Shown: in pieces, positions 1 to 9,161 of the stretch
Layout: every line of letters starts with the position of its first letter
Numbering within the stretch: the first letter of the stretch is position 1
Origin: an uncultured Thermus sp.
GTDB taxonomy: Bacteria; Deinococcota; Deinococci; Deinococcales; Thermaceae
Reading direction: 5' to 3'
Assembly: GCA_947085095.1 (NCBI GenBank)
Contig: CAMTVD010000007.1
Location: forward strand, 1-43,692
Length of the DNA: 43,692 nucleotides
The notes under the pieces: model-generated
The model's database searches: none
What the model was told of the DNA's origin: nothing
The model's input: the letters and a program-made list of their open reading frames with translations, nothing else
Made by a program: the position numbers and the translations under genes

Positions 1-65
1 AAAACCTCGGCCACCGTCTCCCGCACCGCTTCCCTCAGCAAGATTCGCAAGGTATCCTGGTCCAC
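1..65 (-). CDS. IS256-family transposase, N-terminal part (runs off the window)
   Basis: GTG at 65 reads MDQDTLRILLREAVRETVAEV, which I recognise as the start of Thermus IS256-type transposases. Confidence 0.85.
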   Translation of the reverse strand, partial: MDQDTLRILLREAVRETVAEV

Positions 66-137
66 GGGGCACCTCCTCGTGCTAAGGTGTGCCCCCCTAT
101 TAAACACGGACCCTTACACATAAATCCTTACACGACC
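1..137 (-). mobile_element. IS256-family element (ISTth4-like), left end; continues beyond the window start
   Basis: Terminal repeat on - strand GGTCGTGTAAGGATTTATGTGTAAG (137-113), followed by a Shine-Dalgarno (GGAGGTG) and a transposase start. Sequence switches to SDR coding (LSGKTI) at 138. Confidence 0.85.
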
Positions 138-917
138 CTTTCCGGCAAGACCATCCTTCTCACCGGAGCGGCGAGCGGCATCGGCCGGATAGCCTTAAAG
201 CTGTTTGCAAAGGAAGGAGCGAGGCTTGTGGCCGTAGACCAGGAGAAGGCTACCCTAGCCGAAGCAGTAGCAGACCTAGAGACCGAGGCCTTGGCCGTCC
301 CCGCAGACATAACCGACCCGGAAGGGGTGGAGCAGGCCTTCCAGGAGGGCCTGGAGGAGTTCGGGCAGCTTCACGGGTTGGCCCACTTTGCAGGGGTGGC
401 CCACTCCGCCATTTCCTGGAAACTATCCCTCGGGGACTGGGAGAGGGTTCTCCGGGTTAACCTCACGGGAAGCTTCCTGGTGGCCAGGAAGGCGGGGGAG
501 GTTCTAGGTGAGGGGGGAAGCCTGGTCCTCACGGGCTCGGTGGCAGCCTTAGGGGCCTTCGGGCTCGCTCACTACGCAACCAGCAAAATGGGCATCCTTG
601 GCCTCGCCCGCACTCTGGCCCTGGAACTGGCCCCGAAGGGCATTCGGGTGAACGCCCTCGTCCCGGGTCTCATCGCCACCCCCATGACGGCGAGTCTGCC
701 CGACTGGGCCTGGAGGGCAGAGGTAGAGGCCTCTCCCCTTAGGCGGGCGGGCCGCCCCGAGGAGGTGGCCCGGGCCGCCCTCTTCTTGCTCTCCGAAGAA
801 AGCCGCTTTATCACAGGCCAAGCCCTCTTCGTAGACGGAGGCCGCTCCATCGCAGGCCTCCCTAGCCTACCCCCGGGGTTTGCTAAAGGAGGTGGCAACG
901 GTGTCCATGTATTCTAG
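138..917 (+). pseudogene. SDR oxidoreductase (3-oxoacyl-ACP reductase-like) with its native start removed by the IS insertion
   Basis: TGAASGIG Rossmann motif, YATSK catalytic motif, VDGG end. The frame is intact from LSGKT, but the upstream 17 codons of ORF 87..917 are IS sequence. Confidence 0.75.
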
Positions 918-1230
918 GGATGCTCAGCCGGGCCAGAGGTTCGCCACGCAGTGCGGCACGGGCCCTTATCGCCACCGAGGCCGCTATCGGGGGCCTTGGG
1001 GTATACAGCCCCGCCGGAGCGAGGCCCACCATACCCCTTCCCTTTACCGGGGCCACCGCCCCCCTGGCCTTTTGTCCCTTTTCATACCATCGGGCTTCCG
1101 GCAACGCCACCTCCTCCTTGCTCAGCCAGGGACCCGGAACCCCCAACCCTGGAAGCCCGCCCCCATGGGGCATGTGATCTGTGGAGATGAGGTGACCTTC
1201 GCTTCCACAACGTGGAGGGGGTCCCCTTGA
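901..1230 (+). pseudogene. Decayed MaoC-like dehydratase
   Basis: Traces MYxxDxxxGQRF, GLLSLFIPSGFRQR and KPxxxGxVxxGD resemble MaoC. The D-x4-H catalytic motif is missing and the ORF is short. It sits between the SDR and PaaI genes with coupled ends. Confidence 0.55.
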
Positions 1231-1604
1231 GTCCTTTCGCTGGCTGGTTCGGGGCCAAGGTCCTAAAAAAGGAGGGCGGTGAGGCGGAACTTTGCTTGAA
1301 GGTGCGAGAGGAGTTTCTCCAAGGCCAGGGCCTGGTGCACGGGGGCATCTTAGCGGCCCTTCTGGATAGCGCCTTAGGGAGCGCCGCGGAGAGCCTAGCG
1401 GGAAAAGTGGTCACCGCAGAGTTAGCGGTGAGCTACCTGAGGCCCGTACGGGGCGGCAACTTGTTGGCAAGAGGCCGCATCCTCCACCTGGGGAGGCGGC
1501 TGGTCTTTGCGGTGGGGGAGATCTACCTGGAAGGTAACCCAGTAGCCTTCGCCAAGGGAACCTTTTACCGGCTGGAGCCGGACCAAGACCAAGGAGGGAA
1601 GTAG
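1227..1604 (+). CDS. PaaI-family hotdog thioesterase
   Basis: VHGGILAALLDS motif and VSYLRPV. TTG start after GGAGG, overlapping the upstream TGA. Confidence 0.9.
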   Translation: MSPFAGWFGAKVLKKEGGEAELCLKVREEFLQGQGLVHGGILAALLDSALGSAAESLAGKVVTAELAVSYLRPVRGGNLLARGRILHLGRRLVFAVGEIYLEGNPVAFAKGTFYRLEPDQDQGGK

Positions 1605-1628
1605 ACTTAGGCCAAGGGGGGTGAAGAC

Positions 1629-3239
1629 GTGCTTTTAAGCACCATGATGGACGAGGAGCTAAACCTTTGGGACTTCCTGGAACGGGCGGCGGAGCTTTTC
1701 GGGAAGAAGGAGGTGGTCTCCCGCCTCCACACCGGGGAGATCCACCGCACCACCTACGCCGAGGTCCACCGCCGGGCTAAGCGGCTCATGGGGGGTCTAA
1801 GGGATCTCGGGGTGGGCGTGGGCGACCGGGTGGCCACCCTGGGCTTCAACCACTTCCGCCACCTGGAGGCCTACTTCGCCGTGCCCGGCATGGGGGCCGT
1901 CCTCCACACCGCCAACCCCCGCCTCTCCCCCAAGGAGATCGCCTACATCCTCAACCACGCGGAGGACAAGGTCCTCCTCTTTGACCCCCACCTCCTCCCC
2001 CTCGTGGAGGCCCTCCGGCCCGAGCTCAAGACCGTGGTCCACTTTGTGGTCATGGACGGGGAGGCTCCCGAGGGCTACCTGGCCTACGAGGAGGTCCTGG
2101 GGGTGGAGAGGGAGCCGGTGCGGGTCCCGGAAAGGGCCGCCTGCGGCATGGCCTACACCACGGGGACCACGGGGCTTCCCAAGGGGGTGGTCTACAGCCA
2201 CCGGGGCCTGGTCCTCCACACCCTGGCCGCCAACCTGGAGGACGGCACCGCCCTTTCCGAGAAGGACACCGTGCTTCCTGTGGTCCCCATGTTCCACGTC
2301 AACGCCTGGTGCCTCCCCTACGCCGCCACCCTGGTGGGGGCCAAGCAGGTCCTGCCCGGGCCCAGGCTGGACCCCGCCTCCCTGGTGGAGCTCTTTGACG
2401 GGGAGGGGGTGACCTTTACCGCCGGGGTGCCCACGGTCTGGCTGGCCCTGGCGGACTACCTGGAGGGCACCGGCCACCGCCTGAAGACCCTGAGGCGCCT
2501 GGTGGTGGGGGGTTCGGCGGCTCCGCGGAGCCTGGTGGAGCGCTTTGAGCGCCTGGGCATAGAGGTGCGCCAGGGCTACGGCCTCACCGAGACCTCCCCG
2601 GTGGTGGTGCAGAACTTCCTCAAAAGCCATCTGGAGGCCCGCCTTTCCCCCGAGGAGAAGATGGCCCTCAAGGCCAAAACCGGCCTCCCCATCCCCCTGG
2701 TGCGCCTTAGGGTGGCGGACGAGGAGGGAAGGCCTGTGCCCAAAGACGGGAAGACCATGGGGGAGGTGCAGCTCAGAGGCCCCTGGATTACCCAGGGCTA
2801 TTACCGGAACGAGGAGGCCAGCCGGGCCGCCCTCACCCAGGACGGCTTTTTCCGCACCGGGGACATTGCCGTCTGGGACGAGGAGGGCTATATTGAGATC
2901 AAAGACCGGCTCAAGGACCTCATCAAGTCGGGTGGGGAGTGGATCTCCAGCGTGGACCTGGAAAACGCCCTCATGGGCCACCCCAAGGTGAAGGAGGCGG
3001 CGGTGGTGGCCATCCCCCATCCCAGGTGGCAGGAAAGGCCCTTGGCCGTGGTGGTGCCCCGGGGGGAGGAGCCCAGCCCTGAGGAGCTGAACGGGCACCT
3101 CCTCGAGGCGGGCTTCGCCCGGTGGCAGCTTCCCGATGCCTACGTCTTCGTGGAAGAGATCCCCAGGACGAGCGCTGGCAAGTTCCTCAAGCGGGCTCTT
3201 AGGGAGAAGTACAGGGACTTTTTTGGCGGAGGGGCATGA
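1629..3239 (+). CDS. fadD: Long/medium-chain fatty acid-CoA ligase
   Basis: YTTGTTGLPKG P-loop, GYGLTET, RTGD and GKFLK motifs; closely resembles Thermus LC-FACS. Confidence 0.95.
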   Translation: MLLSTMMDEELNLWDFLERAAELFGKKEVVSRLHTGEIHRTTYAEVHRRAKRLMGGLRDLGVGVGDRVATLGFNHFRHLEAYFAVPGMGAVLHTANPRLSPKEIAYILNHAEDKVLLFDPHLLPLVEALRPELKTVVHFVVMDGEAPEGYLAYEEVLGVEREPVRVPERAACGMAYTTGTTGLPKGVVYSHRGLVLHTLAANLEDGTALSEKDTVLPVVPMFHVNAWCLPYAATLVGAKQVLPGPRLDPASLVELFDGEGVTFTAGVPTVWLALADYLEGTGHRLKTLRRLVVGGSAAPRSLVERFERLGIEVRQGYGLTETSPVVVQNFLKSHLEARLSPEEKMALKAKTGLPIPLVRLRVADEEGRPVPKDGKTMGEVQLRGPWITQGYYRNEEASRAALTQDGFFRTGDIAVWDEEGYIEIKDRLKDLIKSGGEWISSVDLENALMGHPKVKEAAVVAIPHPRWQERPLAVVVPRGEEPSPEELNGHLLEAGFARWQLPDAYVFVEEIPRTSAGKFLKRALREKYRDFFGGGA

Positions 3240-4000
3240 TGTTTCTGGAGCGTTTTCGCTTAGATGGTAAAGCGGCCCTGGTGACCGGTGGCTCCCGGGG
3301 GCTTGGCCTCGAGGCCGCCCTCGCCCTCCAGGAAGCGGGGGCCAGGGTGGCGGTTCTGGCCCGTCGGGCCAGCTTCCTGGAGGAGGCGAGGAAGGCTTTG
3401 GGGGAGGAGGCCCTTTATCTGGAAGGGGACGTGCGGGACGAGGCCCGGCTGGAAGAGGCCACGGGGCTGGTGGAGGAGAAGCTCGGCCCTCTCACCATTC
3501 TGGTAAACGCGGCGGGCATAAGCTGGGGGGCTCCCAGCCTGGAGATGCCGGTGGAGAAGGTGCGGGAGGTCCTGGAGGTCAACCTGGTGGGCGCCTTCCT
3601 GGCCAGCCGGGTGGCGGCCAGGCGGATGAGGGAGAGGGGTTACGGCAAGATCATCCACATCGCCTCCGTGGCCGGCCTTAAGGGGGAGCACCCCGAGGTC
3701 CTGGACGCCGTGGGCTATTCCGCTTCCAAGGGGGGCGTGATCGCCCTCACCCGGGACCTGGCGGTGAAATGGGGGCGGTGGGGCATCCGGGTCAATGCCT
3801 TGGCCCCGGGCTTCTTCCCCACCCGGATGACGGAGAAGGTCCTGCCCCGCGCCGAACCCCTCCTCAAGGCCACGTTACCCTTGGGCCGCCCGGGCCAGCC
3901 GGGGGAGCTGGGTGGGGCGGTGCTCTTCCTGGCCAGCCCCGCCTCGGACTACATCACCGGGGCCATCCTCCCCGTGGACGGGGGGGCCACGGCCACCTAG
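3236..4000 (+). CDS. SDR oxidoreductase (gluconate 5-dehydrogenase-like)
   Basis: TGGSRGLG, NAAG, YSASK, PGFF motifs; ATGA overlap with the ligase. Confidence 0.9.
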   Translation: MMFLERFRLDGKAALVTGGSRGLGLEAALALQEAGARVAVLARRASFLEEARKALGEEALYLEGDVRDEARLEEATGLVEEKLGPLTILVNAAGISWGAPSLEMPVEKVREVLEVNLVGAFLASRVAARRMRERGYGKIIHIASVAGLKGEHPEVLDAVGYSASKGGVIALTRDLAVKWGRWGIRVNALAPGFFPTRMTEKVLPRAEPLLKATLPLGRPGQPGELGGAVLFLASPASDYITGAILPVDGGATAT

Positions 4001-4019
4001 ATCCCCGCCAGGACCCGGT

Positions 4020-6599
4020 TTAGCCCAGGCCCAGCTCCCGCAGGGCCTCCAGGCGGAGCCGTTCCGCCTCCGGGGCAAGAGGGCTGGTCTGGAGGCGGGC
4101 GAAGGCCTCCTCGTCCAAGGGGTCCAGCCTGAGGAGGGCGAGCCACCCCTCGGGATCCGAGCCCTTCAGGATGGCCTTCCGCCTATGTTGCCAGTGCTCC
4201 CAGCGGCGTTCCTCCAGGGCTGGGTGGTCCAGGCCGGCGAAGGGGAGGGCCAGGGGAGCCTTGGGGTCCAGCAGATCCAGGTAGAGCTCGGGGACCTCGA
4301 GGCGGAGGCCGTAGGGCCGGGTGCGGAGGAAGTAAGGGGGTGTTCCCTTGGGGCGGCCGGGCTCCAGGGCGTTCAAGACCTCCCACCAGAGAACCCGGAA
4401 CTCCCCGGGGGAGACCTCCAGGGCCTCCAAGAGGTCCTCCTTCTCCCAGTCCCGGGCGGCCAGGAGGGCCAGGAGGAGGCGGGCCTTTTCCCGGCGGAAG
4501 CGCACGGGCTTCCCGTCCAGCAAGACTCGGAAGCCCCCCAAGGCCCGGACCTCCAGCCGCACTCCCGGGTGGTAGGCCACGGCTAGCCGCCCCAAGCGCC
4601 ACAGGGCCCGACGCAACCGGGGGAGGGGCGGGGCGAAGAGGGTGGGGCGGGAGAGGAAGGGGTAGCGCAGGAGAAGCCCTTCCCAGCCGTCGGCGAAGGG
4701 GTAGGCTTCGGCCACTTCCCGCAAGAAGGGGTCCAGGAGCTCCAAAGGGGGCAGGGGAAAGGCCTCCCCCCGGCGGAGCCAGGCCAGGGCCACGGCCAGG
4801 GTCATGAACCCCTCTACCCAGAGGTCCCCTGCGGAGCGGGCCAGGCGGACCATCTCCCCGTAGGCCTCCCGGCTCCCCAGGGCGGCGAGCCCCCCTAAGG
4901 CCTCCACCTGGAGGCGGGCGGGGCCCCCTTCCGCTAAAGCCAGGGCCGTCTGGTAAGCGGCTTTGGCCTCCTCGAGGCGGCCTAGGGCCAGGAGGGCATG
5001 CCCCCTCCGGGCCTCGGCCAGACTCACGCCAAAGGGGCTCCCCAGGACCTCGGCCTCAAAGCGGCCCCGTTCCGCAAAGCGAAGGCCTTCCTCCGCATCC
5101 CCCGCCACGCTTTCCAGGAGGGCCCGGAGCAGACTGCCCTCGCGGTGGTTCTGCGGGGGGCGGTGGAGGCCGGGGTCCTTGGCCTCGCGAAGGAGGGCTA
5201 GGGCCTCCCAGGGCCGGCCCTGGCGCAGGAGGACCCGGGGCCCCGCAAGACCCAGGCGGGAGGCCTCTTCCGGTCGGCCCTCGTTGAGGAGGTTCTCCGC
5301 CAAGAGAGGTCTGGCCTCTTCGGGGAAGCGCTTTAGGGCTTCCTGCAAGTAAGGCCTGGCCCGGGCGGGCTCCACGGTGTCCAAAAAGAGGCGGACGAGG
5401 CCCAGGTGGGCCCGGTCCTCCCCTTCCTCAAGCGCCTTAAGGTAGGTGGCCTCGGCTTCCCGGTACCGCCCGGCCTGGCGCAGGGCCTCGGCCTCGAGGA
5501 GGAATAGCCCCGTCCGCCCCCGCCTCACCCCCTCGGGCAGGTGGGCGAGGAGCCTCAGGACGGTGTAGGTGAGGCCCCGCTCCAGCCAGGCCTGCCCCTC
5601 CTTGAGGAGGAGGTCGGCGGCGTGGCCGAAACGCCCAGCCTCCAGGAGGAACTCCGCCGCCCGCACCCCTTCCCCCTGGAGGAGGGCGGCCTCGGCGGCC
5701 TGGGCCAAAAGCTCCCGGGCCTCGGCCCCGGGCAGGAGGGCCTTGAGGGCGCTCCGGACCAGGGGGTGGAAGGCAAGCCTGCCCTCCCGTCTTTCCAGGA
5801 GCAGGTCCTCGGCGTGAGGAAGGAGGTCTTCCGCTTCCTCCTCGGGCACCTCCCCCAGGAGGGCGAGCCGGGCCGCCCGCAGGAGGAGGTCCTGGGGCAG
5901 GCCGTAGGCCAGGTAGGCGAGGAGTCCCTCCCCGCTCTCCAGGGCGAGCTCGGGCCTTAGCCCCCGGCGCATGGCCAGGAGGACCACCCTAAGGCCCAGG
6001 GGCCAGCCCCGCACCAGGGAGTGGGCCCGCTCCACCTCAAAGGCGGGGAGCTCCGGGGCCAGGGCCTTGGCCAGGGCGCAGGCCTCCTCGGGGTCAAAGG
6101 CCAGCTCCTGCTCCGTGAGGACGGTGAGGAAGGCGAAGGGGGCGGCCTTGCGGGAGAGGAGGAGGAGGCGGAGGGAGGGGAGGCGGAATAGCCCTTCTAG
6201 GGCCCGGAGGACCCCGGGGCTTTCCGCCTTATGGGCCTCGTCCAGGACGAGGAGCTGGGGGCCCAGGGGTTCCAGGGCCTCCAGGAAGGCCTCGAGGGCC
6301 CGGGGCCAGGCCCCCCCTTCCAGGAGCAGGGTGGCCTCGTTCACCTCCGCCCGGCCCCGGTAGGCGTAGAGGAGGTGCCAGAGGAAGACCGCCGGGTCCT
6401 TGGCCTCCTCCGCCAAGGCCAGGTAGACCCCAGGGAGCTCCCCCGCCAGGCTGGTCTTGCCGTAGCCGGGCCCCGCGGCCAGGACCACCCCGGGGCTCCT
6501 CTGGAAGGCCTCCTCCACCAGGCGCAAGGGCCGGAGGCGGCGCACCTCGCGGGCGCTGCGGGGCAGGCGGAGCCGGGAAGGGGGCACGGGGTAGGGCAT
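4020..6599 (-). CDS. MalT-like STAND ATPase/TPR transcriptional regulator with C-terminal SARP (OmpR-type wHTH/BTAD-like) region
   Basis: ATG 6599 with GGAGG upstream; AGPGYGKTS (Walker A), LLVLDEAH (Walker B), RGWPLGL, TPR-like helices, VRALGGFRV..REKARLLLALL. Confidence 0.8.
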   Translation of the reverse strand: MPYPVPPSRLRLPRSAREVRRLRPLRLVEEAFQRSPGVVLAAGPGYGKTSLAGELPGVYLALAEEAKDPAVFLWHLLYAYRGRAEVNEATLLLEGGAWPRALEAFLEALEPLGPQLLVLDEAHKAESPGVLRALEGLFRLPSLRLLLLSRKAAPFAFLTVLTEQELAFDPEEACALAKALAPELPAFEVERAHSLVRGWPLGLRVVLLAMRRGLRPELALESGEGLLAYLAYGLPQDLLLRAARLALLGEVPEEEAEDLLPHAEDLLLERREGRLAFHPLVRSALKALLPGAEARELLAQAAEAALLQGEGVRAAEFLLEAGRFGHAADLLLKEGQAWLERGLTYTVLRLLAHLPEGVRRGRTGLFLLEAEALRQAGRYREAEATYLKALEEGEDRAHLGLVRLFLDTVEPARARPYLQEALKRFPEEARPLLAENLLNEGRPEEASRLGLAGPRVLLRQGRPWEALALLREAKDPGLHRPPQNHREGSLLRALLESVAGDAEEGLRFAERGRFEAEVLGSPFGVSLAEARRGHALLALGRLEEAKAAYQTALALAEGGPARLQVEALGGLAALGSREAYGEMVRLARSAGDLWVEGFMTLAVALAWLRRGEAFPLPPLELLDPFLREVAEAYPFADGWEGLLLRYPFLSRPTLFAPPLPRLRRALWRLGRLAVAYHPGVRLEVRALGGFRVLLDGKPVRFRREKARLLLALLAARDWEKEDLLEALEVSPGEFRVLWWEVLNALEPGRPKGTPPYFLRTRPYGLRLEVPELYLDLLDPKAPLALPFAGLDHPALEERRWEHWQHRRKAILKGSDPEGWLALLRLDPLDEEAFARLQTSPLAPEAERLRLEALRELGLG

Positions 6600-6627
6600 A
6601 CCTCCATTCTGGCCGAACCCTGGGGGA

Positions 6628-6653
6628 AACGGGGGTGTAACGGGGGTGTAACG
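6628..6653. promoter_or_regulatory. 11-bp tandem direct repeat (AACGGGGGTGT x2 + AACG), candidate operator in the divergent promoter
   Basis: Exact repeat seen in the 77-bp intergenic region, just upstream of a TACCCT -10-like hexamer at 6663-6668. Confidence 0.55.
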
Positions 6654-6676
6654 CCCCCCCGCTACCCTAAGGGCAG

Positions 6677-7684
6677 ATGTACGTGCGAAGCCTTGGGATT
6701 TACCTGCCGAGAGGCCGCATGACGGCGGAGGAGATCGCCGCCTCGTCGGGTCTGCCCGTGGAGGTGGTGCGGGAGAAGCTGGGGATTTTGGAAAAGCCCC
6801 TTCCTGGCCCGGAGGATCACCCCGCGGATATGGCCGCCTGGGCATCCCAAGAGGCCTTGGGCCTGGCGGGCTTTCCTGGAGAAAGACTGGACTGGGTTCT
6901 CTCCATCGTGGAGGAGCACAAGGACTACCCCATCTGGACCACGGCCCCCTACCTGGCCAAGCGGGTGGGGGCTTTTGGCGCAAAGGGCCTGGACCTCAAC
7001 CAGAAGTGTGCTTCTTTCCTGGGAGCCCTCGAGGTCGCCCGGGGGCTCTTCGCCACCCGCAAGGAGGTAGGAGCGGTCCTGGTGGCCGGAGGGTACCGGA
7101 ACGGGGACCTGGTGGACTACCAGGACCCCCATACCCGCTTCCTCTACGACCTGGCGGCGGGGGGTGCCGCCTCCCTCCTCACCCGGGAGGGCCCGGGGCT
7201 TAGGCTTTTGGGCCTGGCCCACCGCATGGACCCCGAGCTGGCCCTCACCGTCAAGGTCCCCGTGGGGGGGACGAGGGCCCCCCTCACCCCGGAGAACCTG
7301 GGGGAGTTCCGCCTAAGGGTGGAAGACCCCGAGGCCATGAAGGCCAGGTTGGACGCCACCTCCATCCCCACCTTCCTGGCCGTAATCCGGGAGGCTCTGG
7401 AGGAGGCGGGGTACGGGGAGGCGGACCTGGACTACCTGGCCCTCCTCCACATGAAGCGCTCCGCCCACCAAAAGGTCCTCCAGGGCCTGGGCCTCGCCGA
7501 GGGGCAGTCCATCTACCTCGAGGACTACGGCCACTTGGGCCAGCTGGACCCCATCCTCTCCCTGAAGCTGGCCTGGCGGGAGGGGCGGCTCAAGGAGGGG
7601 AGCCTGGTGGCCCTGGCGGCGGCGGGCGTGGGGTACTTCTACGGAGCGGCGGTGCTGAAGCTTGAGGGGAGGCTTTATGCTTGA
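6677..7684 (+). CDS. 3-oxoacyl-ACP synthase III-like (FabH-like) enzyme, Cys-His-His variant
   Basis: NQKCAS catalytic Cys, ALLHMK His, YGHLG where FabH has GN, and AAAGVG end. Confidence 0.85.
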   Translation: MYVRSLGIYLPRGRMTAEEIAASSGLPVEVVREKLGILEKPLPGPEDHPADMAAWASQEALGLAGFPGERLDWVLSIVEEHKDYPIWTTAPYLAKRVGAFGAKGLDLNQKCASFLGALEVARGLFATRKEVGAVLVAGGYRNGDLVDYQDPHTRFLYDLAAGGAASLLTREGPGLRLLGLAHRMDPELALTVKVPVGGTRAPLTPENLGEFRLRVEDPEAMKARLDATSIPTFLAVIREALEEAGYGEADLDYLALLHMKRSAHQKVLQGLGLAEGQSIYLEDYGHLGQLDPILSLKLAWREGRLKEGSLVALAAAGVGYFYGAAVLKLEGRLYA

Positions 7685-9161
7685 GCCCAACCGCATGGCC
7701 TGGCTGGCATCCCAGCACCCGGACCGAAGGGCCCTCTTCTTCCGGGAGCACTGGTACACCTACGGGGAGCTCTACGCCAGGGCGAGGCGGGCGGCGGGCT
7801 TCCTCAGGGCCCTAGGGGTGGGCCGGGGGGATCGGGTGGGCCTCCTCTCCCAGAACCACCTGGCCTACCTGGACCTCCTCTTCGCCGGGCCCCTCCTGGG
7901 CCACATCCTCACCCCCTTCAACCACCGCCTAAGCCTCGCCGAGCTCCAGGCCCTCCACGCCTACACCGAGCCCAGGGTTCTCTTCTATGGCGAGGGCTTC
8001 CGGGAGACCGCCTTGGCCCTGGACCCCAAGGCCCTCCCCCTCGAGGCCCTGGAGGAAGGCGGGGAGGACCTGGGGGAAGCCGAGGTGGGCCTCGAGGACC
8101 CCGCCCTCCTCCTCTTCACCGGGGGGACCACGGGCCTGCCCAAAGGGGCCCTCATTCCCTACCGCCAGCTTCTGGTCAACGCCCTGGAGACCGCCGCTGC
8201 CTGGGGGCTTTCCCGGGAGGACCGCTACATCCTGGCCACCCCCATGTTCCACGCCGCCCTCAACGCCCTGGCCACGCCCCTCCTCTACCTGGGGGGGCAG
8301 GTGGTCCTCATGGAGCGCTTCCGTGCGGAGGAGTATCTGGAGCTGGTCCAGCGCTTCCGCCCCACCCTCCTCTTCCTGGTCCCCACCATGTTCCAGATGC
8401 TCCTGGAGGGGGAGGCCTGGGAGGGGCTGGACCTCGCCTTTGTCCGCTTCGCCATCTCCGGTGGGGCCCCCTGCCCGGCCCCCGTGCGGGAGGCCTTCCG
8501 CAAGAAGGGGGTGCGGTTCAAGCAGGGCTACGGCCTCACCGAGTGTGGGGTGAACTGCTTCGCCTTTGAGCTGGCGGAGGCCGAGGCCTACCCCGAGAGC
8601 GTGGGCCGCCCTATGCCCCACCTCAGGGTCCGCCTGGTGCGGGAGGACGGGAAGGAGGCGGGGGTAGGGGAGGCGGGGGAGCTATGGCTTTCGGGAAGCG
8701 CGGTGATGAAGGGCTACTTCCGCCGCCCCGAGGAGAACGAGAAGGCCTTCGCCTGGGACGGGGAGAGGCTTTGGCTCAGGACCGGGGACCTGGCCTACCG
8801 GGACGAAGGGGGGCGGTTTTTCATCGTGGGCCGGAGGAAGGAGATGTTCATCTCCGGCGGGGAGAACGTCTACCCGGTGGAGGTGGAAAGGGTCCTCTAC
8901 GACCACCCGGCGGTGCGGGAGGCGGCGGTGGTGGGGGTCCCCGACCCCAGGTGGGGGGAGGTGGGGGCGGCCTTCGTGGCCTTGAGGCCCGGGGAGGCCC
9001 TCGAGGCCGAGGCCCTCAAGGCCTTTCTCCGGGAGCGCCTCGCCGGGTACAAGGTGCCCAAGCACCTGGTCTTCCTAGAGGAGCTTCCCAAGACCGGGCC
9101 GGGCAAGGTGAACAAGGAAGCCCTGAGGAAGCTTTGGGAGGAGGCCCATGGTAAGGCTTAG
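7677..9161 (+). CDS. Acyl-CoA synthetase (ANL superfamily)
   Basis: FTGGTTGLPKG, GYGLTE, RTGD, ISGGENVYP, GKVNK motifs. Confidence 0.92.
   Translation: MLEPNRMAWLASQHPDRRALFFREHWYTYGELYARARRAAGFLRALGVGRGDRVGLLSQNHLAYLDLLFAGPLLGHILTPFNHRLSLAELQALHAYTEPRVLFYGEGFRETALALDPKALPLEALEEGGEDLGEAEVGLEDPALLLFTGGTTGLPKGALIPYRQLLVNALETAAAWGLSREDRYILATPMFHAALNALATPLLYLGGQVVLMERFRAEEYLELVQRFRPTLLFLVPTMFQMLLEGEAWEGLDLAFVRFAISGGAPCPAPVREAFRKKGVRFKQGYGLTECGVNCFAFELAEAEAYPESVGRPMPHLRVRLVREDGKEAGVGEAGELWLSGSAVMKGYFRRPEENEKAFAWDGERLWLRTGDLAYRDEGGRFFIVGRRKEMFISGGENVYPVEVERVLYDHPAVREAAVVGVPDPRWGEVGAAFVALRPGEALEAEALKAFLRERLAGYKVPKHLVFLEELPKTGPGKVNKEALRKLWEEAHGKA

Noticed and set aside
6600..6983. N-terminal extension of the regulator ORF to 6983
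   Set aside because: It overlaps the fabH-like gene and is low complexity; ATG 6599 has a clear GGAGG RBS.
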